Shown one piece after another: positions 1-8,239 of a DNA stretch of 60,763 bases. Position numbers and translations under genes: made by a program. Origin of the DNA: an uncultured Verrucomicrobiota bacterium (GTDB taxonomy: Bacteria > Verrucomicrobiota > Kiritimatiellia > RFP12 > UBA1067). Each line of letters opens with the position of its first letter. Position 1 is the first letter of the stretch. Location: positions 1 through 60,763 of the forward strand of contig CAMAHK010000004.1 of assembly GCA_945834475.1 (NCBI GenBank). Reading direction: 5' to 3'. The notes under the pieces are model-generated. The model ran no database searches. It was not told where the DNA came from and saw only the letters and a program-made list of their open reading frames with translations.

Positions 1-1100
1 CTGTTGAACCCTTGCCGGATAGATCGCGCCACAGGCGCACGGGAAGCGGCACAGGAACGCGGGCACGGCGTACCATTGCCGCGACACGTCCGGCGGACGC
101 GGGCGCAAGGGCGGGCGGTTTTGCCGCGTTTCCGTCGAACTGTCGAACGTCCGGCGGCACGGCGGCGAGATCGAGGGCGGGCGCGGTTGCCGGATAGATC
201 GCGGCGAACTGTCGAACCGTTCCGGCGAACTGTCGAACCGTTGCCGCGAGACCGAACCGCGAGACGTTGCCGCCTGTCACCGTGTCACCCGTCGAACGGT
301 TGAACGGTTGCCGGACAAGCCGGAAGCGGGACGCGGGACAATGTGCCGCGAGATCGAACCGCGAGACGTTGAACCGTTCCGGCGAGATCGCGCCACAGGG
401 CGCACGGCAAGCGGCACATGGACGCGGGCACGGCGCACCCTTGCCGCGACACGTCCGGCGGACGCGGACGCAAGGGCGGGCGGTTTTGCCGTGTTTCCGG
501 CGAACTGTTGCCCGTCCGGCTCATGGCGCACCCGTCGAACGGTTGAACGGTTGCCCGTCCGTCCGGCTCATGGCGAGTAGATCGCGGCGAACTGTTGAAC
601 CCTTGCCGCCTGTCGAACTGTCACCCGTCCGGCGGCATGGCGGGCGAGATCGGCACGGCGTACAGATCGAGGGCGCACCGTCGAACCCTTGCCGGATAGA
701 TCGCGCCACAGGTCGAGGGCGGCGAGATCGAACCGCGAGACGTTGCCGCCTGTCGAACTGTCACCCGTCCGGCGGCATGGCGGGCGAGATCGGCGCACAG
801 GGCGCACGGGAAGCGGCACAGGAACGCGGGCACGGCGCACCCTTGCCGTGACACGTCCGGCGGACGCGGACGCGAGGGCGGGCGGTTTTGCCGCGTTTCC
901 GTCGAACTGTCGAACGTCCGGCGGCACGGCGGCGAGATCGAGGGCGGGCGCGGTTGTCGGATAGATCGCGTCGAACTGTCGAACCGTTCCGGCGAGATCG
1001 AGGGCGCGGGCACGGTTGCCCGTCCGTCCGGCTCATGGCGCACAGATCGAACCGCGACGTTGCCGACTGTCGAACGGTTGAACCGTCGCGCCTGTTGAAC

Positions 1101-1174
1101 GGTTGCCGATTGCGGGGACATTGCACGGGGCATTAAAGGCGCGTTAAATGCCATTGCAACGGGCGCACAGATCG
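1101..1174 (+). repeat. Direct repeat copy L (candidate att-like boundary)
   Basis: GGTTGCCGATTGCGGGGACATTGCACGGGGCATTAAAGGCGCGTTAAATGCCATTGCAACGGGCGCACAGATCG. It is nearly identical to 7602-7677 (2 substitutions plus a small indel by eye). It is the only AT-richer non-word island inside the array. Confidence 0.7.
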
Positions 1175-2680
1175 GCGCGGGCACGGTTGCCGGATAGATC
1201 GAGGGCGGGCGAGATCGAACCGCGAGACGTTGCCGCTTGTCACCGTGTCACCCGTCGAACCGTTCCGGCGAGATCGCGCCACAGGGCGCACGGTTGCCGG
1301 ACAAGCCGGAAGCGGGACGCGGGACAATATGCCGCGAGATCGAACCGCGAGACGTGGCGCACGGTTGCCGCCTGTTGAACCCTTGCCGGATAGATCGCGC
1401 CACAGGCGCACGGGAAGCGGCACAGGAACGCGGGCACGTCGAACCCTTGCCGCGCGACACGTCCGGCGGACGCGGACGCAAGGGCGGGCGGTTGCCGCCC
1501 TGTTTCCGGCGAACGGTTGCCCGTCCGGCTCATGGCGCACACGTCGAACGGTTGCCGCCTGTCGAACGTCCGGCTAGATCGAGGGCGCACCCGTCGAACG
1601 GTTGAACGGTTGCCGGACAAGCCGGAAGCGGGACGCGGGACAATGTGCCGCGAGATCGAACCACGAGACGTTGAACCGTTCCGGCGAGATCGGCGCACAG
1701 GGCGCACGGCAAACGGCACAGGGACGCGCACCCGTCGAACCCTTGCCGGATAGATCGCGCAACGGGGCGAGGGCGGCGAGATCGAACCGCGAGACGTTGC
1801 CGCCTGTCGAACGGTTGCCGCCTGTCGAACCCGTGACCGTTGCCGGATAGATCGCGGCGAACTGTCGAACCGTTCCGGCGAGATCGGCGCACAGGGCGCA
1901 CGGCAAACGGCACAGGGACGCGGGCACGGCGCACCCTTGCCGCGACACGTCCGGCGGGCGCGGACGCGACGGCGGGCGGTTGCCGCCCTGTTTCCGGCGA
2001 AACGTCGCGGGCGTGGCGGGCACGGTTGCCCCTGTTGGCGCACGGTTGCCCGTCCGTCCGGCTCATGGCGGGTAGATCGGCGCGGAAGGTTGCGCACAGA
2101 TCGGCACGGGGCACGGTTGCCGGACAAGCCGGAAGCCGGACGCGGGCGAGATCGAACCGCGAGACGTTGCCGCCTGTCACCGTGTCACCCGTCGAACGGT
2201 TGCCCGTCCGGCACAGATCGCGCCACAGGGCGCACGGCAAGCGGCACGGGGACGCGGGCACGGTTTCCCCTTGCCGCGACACGTCCGGCGGACGCGGACG
2301 CAAGGGCGGGCGGTTGCCGCCCTGTTTCCGGCGAACTGTCAAACCGTCCGGCTCATGGCGCACACGTCGAACGGTTGCCGGATAAGCCGGAAGCCGGACG
2401 CGGGCGAGATCGGCACGGGGCACGGTTGCCGCGAGATCGAGGGCGAGACGTGGCGCACCGTCGAACCGTCACCCGTCGAACCCGTGCCCGTTGCCGGATA
2501 GATCGCGCCACAGGGCGCACGGCAAACGGCAAAGGAACGCGGGCACGGTTTCCCCTTGCCGCGACACGTCCGGCGGACGCGGACGCGACGGCGGGCGGTT
2601 GCCGCCCTGTTTCCGTCGAACTGTCGAACGTCCGGCGGCACGGCGGCGAGATCGAGGGCGGGCACGGTTGCCCCTGTTGC

Positions 2681-2710
2681 GCACATAAGCGCACATAAGC
2701 GCACATAAGC
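2681..2710 (+). repeat. 3 x 10-bp perfect tandem repeat (GCACATAAGC)
   Basis: Read directly. It lies at the edge of an AT-richer 150-bp island (2711-2860) that has CGAAAACGAAAA / TTTTCGTTTCGG inverted repeats and a GGCATTT-TGTC-AAATGCC hairpin at 2825-2842. Confidence 0.9.
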
Positions 2711-3479
2711 GGATAAACGAAAACGAAAAGAAAAATACAAATGTAGAACACTACCCGAACCCGAAACGCGCACACGCGCCCGCGCACGTACACGCGAGGG
2801 GCGGCGGGTTTTCGTTTCGGTTTCGGCATTTTGTCAAATGCCTGTTTTCGGTTTCGGTTGCCGCGAGATCGAACCACGAGACGTTGAACCGTTCCGGCGA
2901 GATCGGCACAGGGCGCACGGGAAGCGGCACAGGAACGCGGGCACGTCGAACCGTTGCCGCGACACGTCCGGCGGACGCGGACGCAAGGGCGGGCGGTTTT
3001 GCCGCGTTTCCGTCAAACTGTCGAACCCTTGCAGCCTGTTAAACCCTTGCCGCCCGTCGAACGGTTGCCGGACAAGCCGGAAGCGGGACGCGGGACAATG
3101 TGCCGCGAGATCGAGGGCGAGACGTGGCGCACCGTCGAACGGTTGAACCCTTGCCGACTGTCGAACCCTTGCCGGATAGATCGGCGAGGGCGGTTTACTG
3201 AATAATCAAAACACGCGGCAATAAATACCCGTATGAAACACGTACAGACGCAAAAACGCGACGGCGCAAGCCCGTTTTTAATCCGCGAATCACAAACTAC
3301 TCACAAACTATGGGGGCGGATTTACCCGTATTTGTTAGGGATTGTTTCAGTTTGTCCGCAAACTGCCCGCCCACGGAAATTTTAACTTGCGAAATTTGCG
3401 CTATACTTCCCCACGTTCGCACGGCATAAAAGCATTTATTACAATGCGTGACGGGCGGCGAAAACTTGAAAGGTTAAAA

Positions 3480-3797
3480 ATGAAAGGCAAGAGCAAAGGC
3501 AAGAGCAAGGGCAAGGCGGTAAACGTTCCCGCCGTTGTTTCGGTTGAAATCCCTACACGTGAACAGATAGAGCGGGCGCGGGAAGCGAGGGTAAAGGAAA
3601 TCCGGCGCACCCTTGCGAAATGCGGGGACGAAATGGAGCGCGGGCGCACCCGCTTTGTTTTGGTTTGTGACCCGTCACACATTTACGCGGTACGTCAATA
3701 CCTTGCGCAAGCATGGGGCGAGTACGCGCCGAAGGTTGAAGCGGGTTTGATTGTCACGGCGGCGAAAAAGCCCGTAAACGCGAAAGCGGCGAAATGA
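3480..3797 (+). CDS. Hypothetical small basic protein (first gene of the integrase module)
   Basis: ATG at 3480 follows GAAAGG. The track ORF 3342..3797 starts at TTG and ATG 3444 is also possible, so the start is uncertain. The N-terminus is KGKSKGKSKGK. The stop overlaps the next start (ATGA). No family recognised. Confidence 0.5.
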   Translation: MKGKSKGKSKGKAVNVPAVVSVEIPTREQIERAREARVKEIRRTLAKCGDEMERGRTRFVLVCDPSHIYAVRQYLAQAWGEYAPKVEAGLIVTAAKKPVNAKAAK

Positions 3798-4060
3798 AAG
3801 CGAAAGCGAAAAAGACGGACGGCAAGGCGGAAACGTCGAAGCGGAAGCCGAAAAAGGCGCAAGCCGTCCCCGTCACCTTGCGCGGGCTGTTGCTCGAAGT
3901 GATCGAGGGTGAGCGGCTGATCGCTGATCGCCTTGAATCCGTCCGGCGGACATTGTGGCGCATGAGCGCGGTACGTGAATACAACGGCAAGAGCGGAGCG
4001 GCGGACGGCGCGGACGCGCCGGAAGCCGGAAAGGCGGATGCGAAAGGCGGCGAGGAATGA
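3794..4060 (+). CDS. Hypothetical protein
   Basis: 88-aa ORF, ATGA-coupled to both neighbours, with a Lys-rich N-terminus. No family recognised. Confidence 0.5.
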   Translation: MKAKAKKTDGKAETSKRKPKKAQAVPVTLRGLLLEVIEGERLIADRLESVRRTLWRMSAVREYNGKSGAADGADAPEAGKADAKGGEE

Positions 4061-4293
4061 GCGACACGCGGGCGGTTATGCTTGCGCCGGACGGGCACGG
4101 CGGACTTTACCCCATACAGGAAATGGGCGCGGCGAACGCGCCATATTTGCGGGTATGCGTGGACGCGCACCCGTTCGTAAACGGGCGGGCGAAAACTATC
4201 ATATCAAAGTATTTTCCGAAATACAGGGCGGACGGCGTGGAGTTGCACCTATACGGAAAACTTAAAACCCCGAAAGCGAAAGGCAAAAAATGA
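4057..4293 (+). CDS. Hypothetical protein
   Basis: 78-aa ORF, ATGA-coupled on both sides. No family recognised. Confidence 0.5.
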   Translation: MSDTRAVMLAPDGHGGLYPIQEMGAANAPYLRVCVDAHPFVNGRAKTIISKYFPKYRADGVELHLYGKLKTPKAKGKK

Positions 4294-4604
4294 AACGTGA
4301 AACGGAATCGGTTATCATGTCTATTTGCGCGGCTGATACCACTATCAAAAAGGCGGACATGGCGGCGGCGTTGTCCCTGTTGCGCGGGGATAAGGCGGAC
4401 GCGGAAAAATGCGACGTGCCGCTCACACGGGCGGAAGCCGCTAAAATGTTGCGCGTATCGCGGGCAACCGTGACGGCGTGGGGAAAGCGCGGAATAATCC
4501 GGCGTATGGAGATAGCGGGACGGCGTAAGGCGTTGGGGTTTTCGCGGCGTTCCGTTGTCGAACTTTTGAACGGCACAAAAGCCGGAACGGGCGGCGAGGA
4601 ATGA
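4290..4604 (+). CDS. Excisionase/AlpA-type helix-turn-helix DNA-binding protein
   Basis: LTRAEAAKMLRVSRATVTAWGKRGII matches the excisionase-family HTH pattern. It is ATGA-coupled and sits in an operon ending with an integrase. Confidence 0.65.
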   Translation: MKRETESVIMSICAADTTIKKADMAAALSLLRGDKADAEKCDVPLTRAEAAKMLRVSRATVTAWGKRGIIRRMEIAGRRKALGFSRRSVVELLNGTKAGTGGEE

Positions 4605-5449
4605 GCGGGGCACGTACAGAAAAGCAACCGCCCGCAATACTTGTTTTGACGCAAGTGATACGGGATTATCGGGCGGTAAATGACCCCGCCGGACTTGGCG
4701 CGTTATTGTTTCCGTTGGAGCAATGTTTATCCGGCGAGGAATACACCCCGCCGAAAACGGGCGCGGAATTAAACATTTTCAACCGCCTTTTAGACGCGGC
4801 AAAGCGCGGAATTGAATCTTATGAGAAAATGTCTAAACGCGGACAAGCGGGCGCGGCGGCAAGTAATGCGAAGCGGACGCAAGCGGCGCAACCGTCCGCA
4901 CCCGTCGCGGTAGATCGCGGCACGGGCGGCAAGCCGGACACGTCTAACCGTCACCCGTCGAACGCGCCACAGGGCGCACCCGTCCGGCGAGAGATCGCGC
5001 CGCAGGGCGCGGGCACGTCGAACAAGCCCGCAACCGTTCCGGCGAAGCCGTCCGCACCCGTCGCGCCTGTCCGTCGAATAATCGAATCGGCACTGGACAA
5101 GCGCACGGGCGGGGCGCGGGCGTTAGCCGATTGTATAGGGGACATTGTCGCGAGGTTTGGACGCGACGGCGCGGGCGTAAGTATTGAGGAAAAGATCGCG
5201 GGCGAACCCGTCGCGGCGGCACTTGAAATCTCGGGCGAGACGGGAAACGCGCGGGCGGTAAACACTTTCAAGAAGTTGCTACGCACAAAAGGCGCGGGCG
5301 CGTTTAGTGATCAATTATTCGCTTTTTATTCGGAGTTGAAACAGGGCGAAACGCCGGACAATTACGGGGCGGCGTTGGTTTCGCGCCTGTCGAAGTTGCC
5401 GGACGTTCCGGCACGGGAACGCGGCGCGGAGAAAGGCGCGGCGGAATGA
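4601..5449 (+). CDS. Hypothetical protein with a Pro/Ala-rich centre encoded by array-like words
   Basis: 282-aa ORF, ATGA-coupled. DNA at 4890-5090 reuses array words (GTAGATCG, GTCACCCGTCGAAC, CGCCACAGGGCGCACC, GAGATCG). The C-terminal tail PDVPARERGAEKGAAE resembles the integrase tail. Confidence 0.55.
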   Translation: MSGARTEKQPPAILVLTQVIRDYRAVNDPAGLGALLFPLEQCLSGEEYTPPKTGAELNIFNRLLDAAKRGIESYEKMSKRGQAGAAASNAKRTQAAQPSAPVAVDRGTGGKPDTSNRHPSNAPQGAPVRREIAPQGAGTSNKPATVPAKPSAPVAPVRRIIESALDKRTGGARALADCIGDIVARFGRDGAGVSIEEKIAGEPVAAALEISGETGNARAVNTFKKLLRTKGAGAFSDQLFAFYSELKQGETPDNYGAALVSRLSKLPDVPARERGAEKGAAE

Positions 5450-5769
5450 TACGCGAGTTTTCAAACAGGCGCATAGCGCGGCAATTTAAGCGCGGCAATT
5501 TGCGCGGCGCGGCTGATTTGGGAATGAATCACACGGCGCGGGCAATTCGCTATGATATGCGCTTGCGCGGCGAGACGTGCGCGGGCGCGGTTGCGCCTGT
5601 CGGCGGCGTTTGCTATAATATGCCCCGTTGCGCCGCAATGGGAAGTAGAACACCCGCGACGAAACAAGATAACGGGATAAAAACATTTCCCCGCCCTGTA
5701 AACGGTCTACCGCGTACCGTGGTATGTTCTACCCGTTTACGGGGTGGGGTTTTTTGTGAATGGAAGTAG
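5446..5769 (+). CDS. Doubtful ORF (possibly only a short coupled peptide)
   Basis: The start is ATGA-coupled to the previous gene. However, the ORF runs through a TGcTATAAT box and a terminator-like hairpin, and its composition is poor for coding. Confidence 0.3.
   Translation: MIREFSNRRIARQFKRGNLRGAADLGMNHTARAIRYDMRLRGETCAGAVAPVGGVCYNMPRCAAMGSRTPATKQDNGIKTFPRPVNGLPRTVVCSTRLRGGVFCEWK
5611..5619 (+). promoter_or_regulatory. Extended -10 box TGcTATAAT upstream of the integrase
   Basis: Read directly. It lies about 155 nt upstream of the int ATG. Confidence 0.35.
5689..5755 (+). terminator. Intrinsic-terminator-like hairpin immediately upstream of int
   Basis: CCCCGCCCTGTAAACGG (5689-5705) pairs with CCGTTTACGGGGTGGGG (5733-5749). 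This gives 17 bp including 2 G-U pairs, a 27-nt loop and then TTTTTT (5750-5755). Confidence 0.5.
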
Positions 5770-5775
5770 AACACC

Positions 5776-7221
5776 ATGAGCGAAAAAGAGACACAGGGAC
5801 GCAAGGGCAACGGGCACAAAGGCAAGGAACGGCGCAAGGGCGCGGGCACACTTGAAAAGCGCGGGCGCGTTTATATTGCACGTTGGACGGTGGACGGGAA
5901 AAGGTACTCACAGAGTACGGGCACGGCTGACCGACGGGAAGCGGAGATAAAACTTGCTGAATTTGTCGCGCCGTTTCAGTTGAAGGACAAGGCGGAACGG
6001 TTGGAAGCGTTCGCCGGAAAACTTGGCGGCGTTCAAAGCCGATTGAAAGAGTTTGAGGACACGCGCCCCGCGTTGAAGATCGCGGACGCATGGGAAGCAT
6101 TTGTAAAAAGCCCTAACCGCAAGGACACGGCGGGCGCGGCGCGGTTGCGCATTTGCGAGGGGTGGGCGCGGCGTTTCGTTTCATTCATGGCGGAACGTTT
6201 CGCGGACGTTTCAGAAATGAGGAACGTGACGAAAGAACACGCGCACACGTTCGCGGCGGACGGCTACACGGGCGTTAGTAATTCGGTACGTAATCAAGCA
6301 ATATCGTTTTTTCGCATGATGTGGCGCGTACTGATCGCGGACGGCACGGCGCGAATTACTGAAAACGTATGGGACGGCATACAGAAGAAACACGAAACGC
6401 ACACGCGGCGGCGTGAGTTGACCGTCGAAGAGTTGGCGCGGGTTTACAAAATCTTACAGGGCGAAATGCGGCTATTGTTTTCTGTCGGCATTTACACTGG
6501 GCAACGGTTGGGTGATTGCGCTTGCTTGGATTGGGGACAAGTTGATTTGATACGCGGGCGCATTTCCCTTGTGCCGCGAAAGACGGCGCGGAAAACGGGG
6601 CGCATGGTTGTTATACCGTTGCACGTCAATTTGCTAAATATGCTTTTGGAAATTCCGGCGGCGAACCGTCGCGGGTACGTTATGCCGCAATGCGCGGAAA
6701 TGTATCTAAAACAGGCGGGCGAACTGTCGGCGCGGTTTATGCGCGTTTTCAAGTCGGCGGGAATCGAGACGGCAACCGAAGGACAAGAGGGAAGCCGAAA
6801 ACGATGTCTTGTCGGTTTCCATTCCTTACGGCATACGTTCGTATCACTTGCCGCAAATGCGGGCGTTCCGCTTGCGTTCGTGCAGTCGATAGTGGGACAT
6901 TCAACCGTAGAAATGACGCGGCATTATTTCCATGAATCGGAAGCGGCGTTAAATTCGGCGGTGTCCGCGTTGCCGGACATTGGGGCGGCGGGCGCGACGG
7001 GCGGCGAACTGTCGGCGCGGGTACGGTCTATATGTGCGTTGGTTGCCGAACTGACGGAAGCCGAGCGGGGCGAACTGTTGCGCCACTTGAACGCGGGCGG
7101 CGCGGTTGCGCCCATTCCGGCGGTAGAGGTTGCAACCGTGCCCGCGTTGCCGTGTCCGGCGGCGGACGTTCCGGCACAGGAACGCGGCACGGCAAAAGGC
7201 GCGGCACAGGCGGCGGCGTGA
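5776..7221 (+). CDS. int: Tyrosine-type site-specific integrase
   Basis: 481 aa. The catalytic pattern is R (TGQRLGD), H-x-x-R (HSLRHTF) and H...Y (GHSTVEMTRHY). It has a basic arm-binding-like N-terminus and a low-complexity C-terminal tail. Confidence 0.9.
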   Translation: MSEKETQGRKGNGHKGKERRKGAGTLEKRGRVYIARWTVDGKRYSQSTGTADRREAEIKLAEFVAPFQLKDKAERLEAFAGKLGGVQSRLKEFEDTRPALKIADAWEAFVKSPNRKDTAGAARLRICEGWARRFVSFMAERFADVSEMRNVTKEHAHTFAADGYTGVSNSVRNQAISFFRMMWRVLIADGTARITENVWDGIQKKHETHTRRRELTVEELARVYKILQGEMRLLFSVGIYTGQRLGDCACLDWGQVDLIRGRISLVPRKTARKTGRMVVIPLHVNLLNMLLEIPAANRRGYVMPQCAEMYLKQAGELSARFMRVFKSAGIETATEGQEGSRKRCLVGFHSLRHTFVSLAANAGVPLAFVQSIVGHSTVEMTRHYFHESEAALNSAVSALPDIGAAGATGGELSARVRSICALVAELTEAERGELLRHLNAGGAVAPIPAVEVATVPALPCPAADVPAQERGTAKGAAQAAA

Positions 7222-7293
7222 TATTTCCCGTCCGGCACGTCCCCGCGTTGGGGCGGTTGGACGGGTGGAAAAGACAAGAGGAAACAAAGAACC

Positions 7294-7425
7294 ATGAAAG
7301 CGAAAACAACGGCGAAGAAAACCACAGCGGCGAAGGTTGCGGCGAAGCCCGCGAAGAAGCCCGCGAAGGTTGCGGCGAAGCCCGCCCCCGCGAAAAAGCC
7401 CGCGAAGAAGCCCGCGAAAAAGTAA
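7294..7425 (+). CDS. 43-aa Lys/Ala/Pro-rich histone-H1-like (Hc1/AlgP-like) basic protein
   Basis: Not in the ORF track (under 60 aa). The sequence is MKAKTTAKKTTAAKVAAKPAKKPAKVAAKPAPAKKPAKKPAKK. The ATG is preceded by AAGAGGAAACAAAGAACC and followed by a terminator hairpin. Confidence 0.6.
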   Translation: MKAKTTAKKTTAAKVAAKPAKKPAKVAAKPAPAKKPAKKPAKK

Positions 7426-7447
7426 GCCGGAAAATTTGCGAGACATT

Positions 7448-7486
7448 ACGCCGCGTTCCGTAAATGGGGCGCGGCGTTTTCTTTTC
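7448..7486 (+). terminator. Rho-independent terminator
   Basis: ACGCCGCG (7448-7455) pairs with CGCGGCGT (7470-7477), followed by TTTTCTTTT. Confidence 0.6.
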
Positions 7487-7601
7487 CACGTGACCGTTCC
7501 GGCGGGCGGCGCGAAGGTACTACCCCGCCACGGTTGAAACATTCGGCGCGGGAAGGTGTCGGCGTTATAGGCACACTTTTTTTTAACGGGGTACGGCGCA
7601 C

Positions 7602-7677
7602 GGTTGCCGATTGCGGGGACATTGCACGGGGCGTTAAAGGCGCGTTAAATGCCGTTGCAACGGCTGCGCACAGATCG
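7602..7677 (+). repeat. Direct repeat copy R (candidate att-like boundary)
   Basis: Near-identical to 1101-1174. The array resumes exactly here, 177 bp after the last gene of the integrase module. Confidence 0.7.
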
Positions 7678-8005
7678 AGGGCGTACCATCGAACCCTTGC
7701 CGCCTATCACCCGTCGAACCGTTGCCGGATAAGCCGGAAGCCGGACGCGGGCGAGATCGGCACGGCGCACCGTTGAACGGTTGCCGGATAGGTCGCGCCA
7801 CAGGGCGCACGGCAAGCGGCACAGGAACGCGGGCACGGCGCACCCTTGCCGCGACACGTCCGGCGGACGCGGACGCAAGGCACACGGTTGCCCGTCCGTC
7901 CGGCTCATGGCGGGCGAGATCGAGGGCGGGACGTTTCCGCCTGTCGAACGGTTGCTGGATAGATCGCGGCGAACTGTCGAACCGTTCCGGCGCACCGTCC
8001 GGCGG
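7602..8005 (+). repeat. Mosaic repeat array, right block
   Basis: Same vocabulary and orientation as 1-3190. It includes one copy of the 115-bp module (about 7791) and one of the second module (about 7721). Confidence 0.8.
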
Positions 8006-8239
8006 TGGCGTTTCGGCGCGTGGTTTTTAGTGGTATTTTCAAAAGCCGCAAGGCGGAAAAGCACGGGAAAGTATAGGAAAGACGGCGGGCGGCGTGGCGT
8101 TTCTGTTTTTGTCTTTCAAAAATCGAAGCGAACCGAAAACAAAGGGCGAAACGCCACAAATGCGCGTATTTACGGCGCGAACGTTTGCAAATGCCACAAG
8201 CGCGGGCGAATTATGGTATAACGTACGCCATGAGACCGT

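Larger units (their letters stand above)
1..3190 (+). repeat. Mosaic non-coding repeat array, left block (runs off the window start)
   Basis: Built from a small vocabulary of 7-30 nt GC-rich words (GTYGAAC, AGATCG, GGTTGCCGG, CGTCCGGC...) reused in shuffled order, all in one orientation. A ~115-bp module (CGCCACAGGGCGCACGG..GGCACAGGAACGCGGGCACGG..GACACGTCCGGCGGACGCGGACGCAAGGGCGGGCGG) starts near 22, 386, 788, 1393, 1688 (truncated), 1882, 2216, 2501 and 2901. A second module (GGTTGCCGGAYAAGCCGGAAGCSGGACGCGGG...) starts near 306, 1292, 1608, 2115, 2373 and 3063. ORFs are open in all six frames, overlap each other and are Arg/Pro/Gly-rich, so they are not coding. Confidence 0.85.

Noticed and set aside
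1-3190. CRISPR array interpretation of the recurring ~115-bp module
   Set aside because: The repeats are far longer and more variable than CRISPR repeats. The intervening 'spacers' are built from the same repeated words and recur. Spacing is irregular (290-600 bp). No cas genes or leader are visible.
1-3190. Long ORFs in the array (e.g. 1240..2127 -, 1530..2423 -, 1937..2698 +, 267..851 +) as real genes
   Set aside because: They overlap each other on both strands and in several frames. They are Arg/Pro/Gly/Ala-rich with no recognisable domains. They exist only because the GC-rich word set lacks stop codons.
6924-7542. Minus-strand and alternative-frame ORFs over the integrase tail and H1-like gene (6924..7325 -, 6949..7542 -, 7028..7489 -, 7032..7463 +, 7337..7537 +)
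   Set aside because: They overlap the integrase and the compact H1-like ORF and are low-complexity Arg/Gly/Pro sequence. The H1-like frame is the only one with a purine-rich stretch before the ATG and a downstream terminator.
1-8005. Integron-like attC cassette array (GTTGAAC fits the GTTRRRY core)
   Set aside because: The match is a 7-mer that is expected often in this composition. The words are all in one orientation and lack the R''-L''/L'-R' inverted structure. The integrase shows an ordinary phage-type pattern, and I see no evidence of the IntI-specific insertion. This could still be checked with an IntI HMM.
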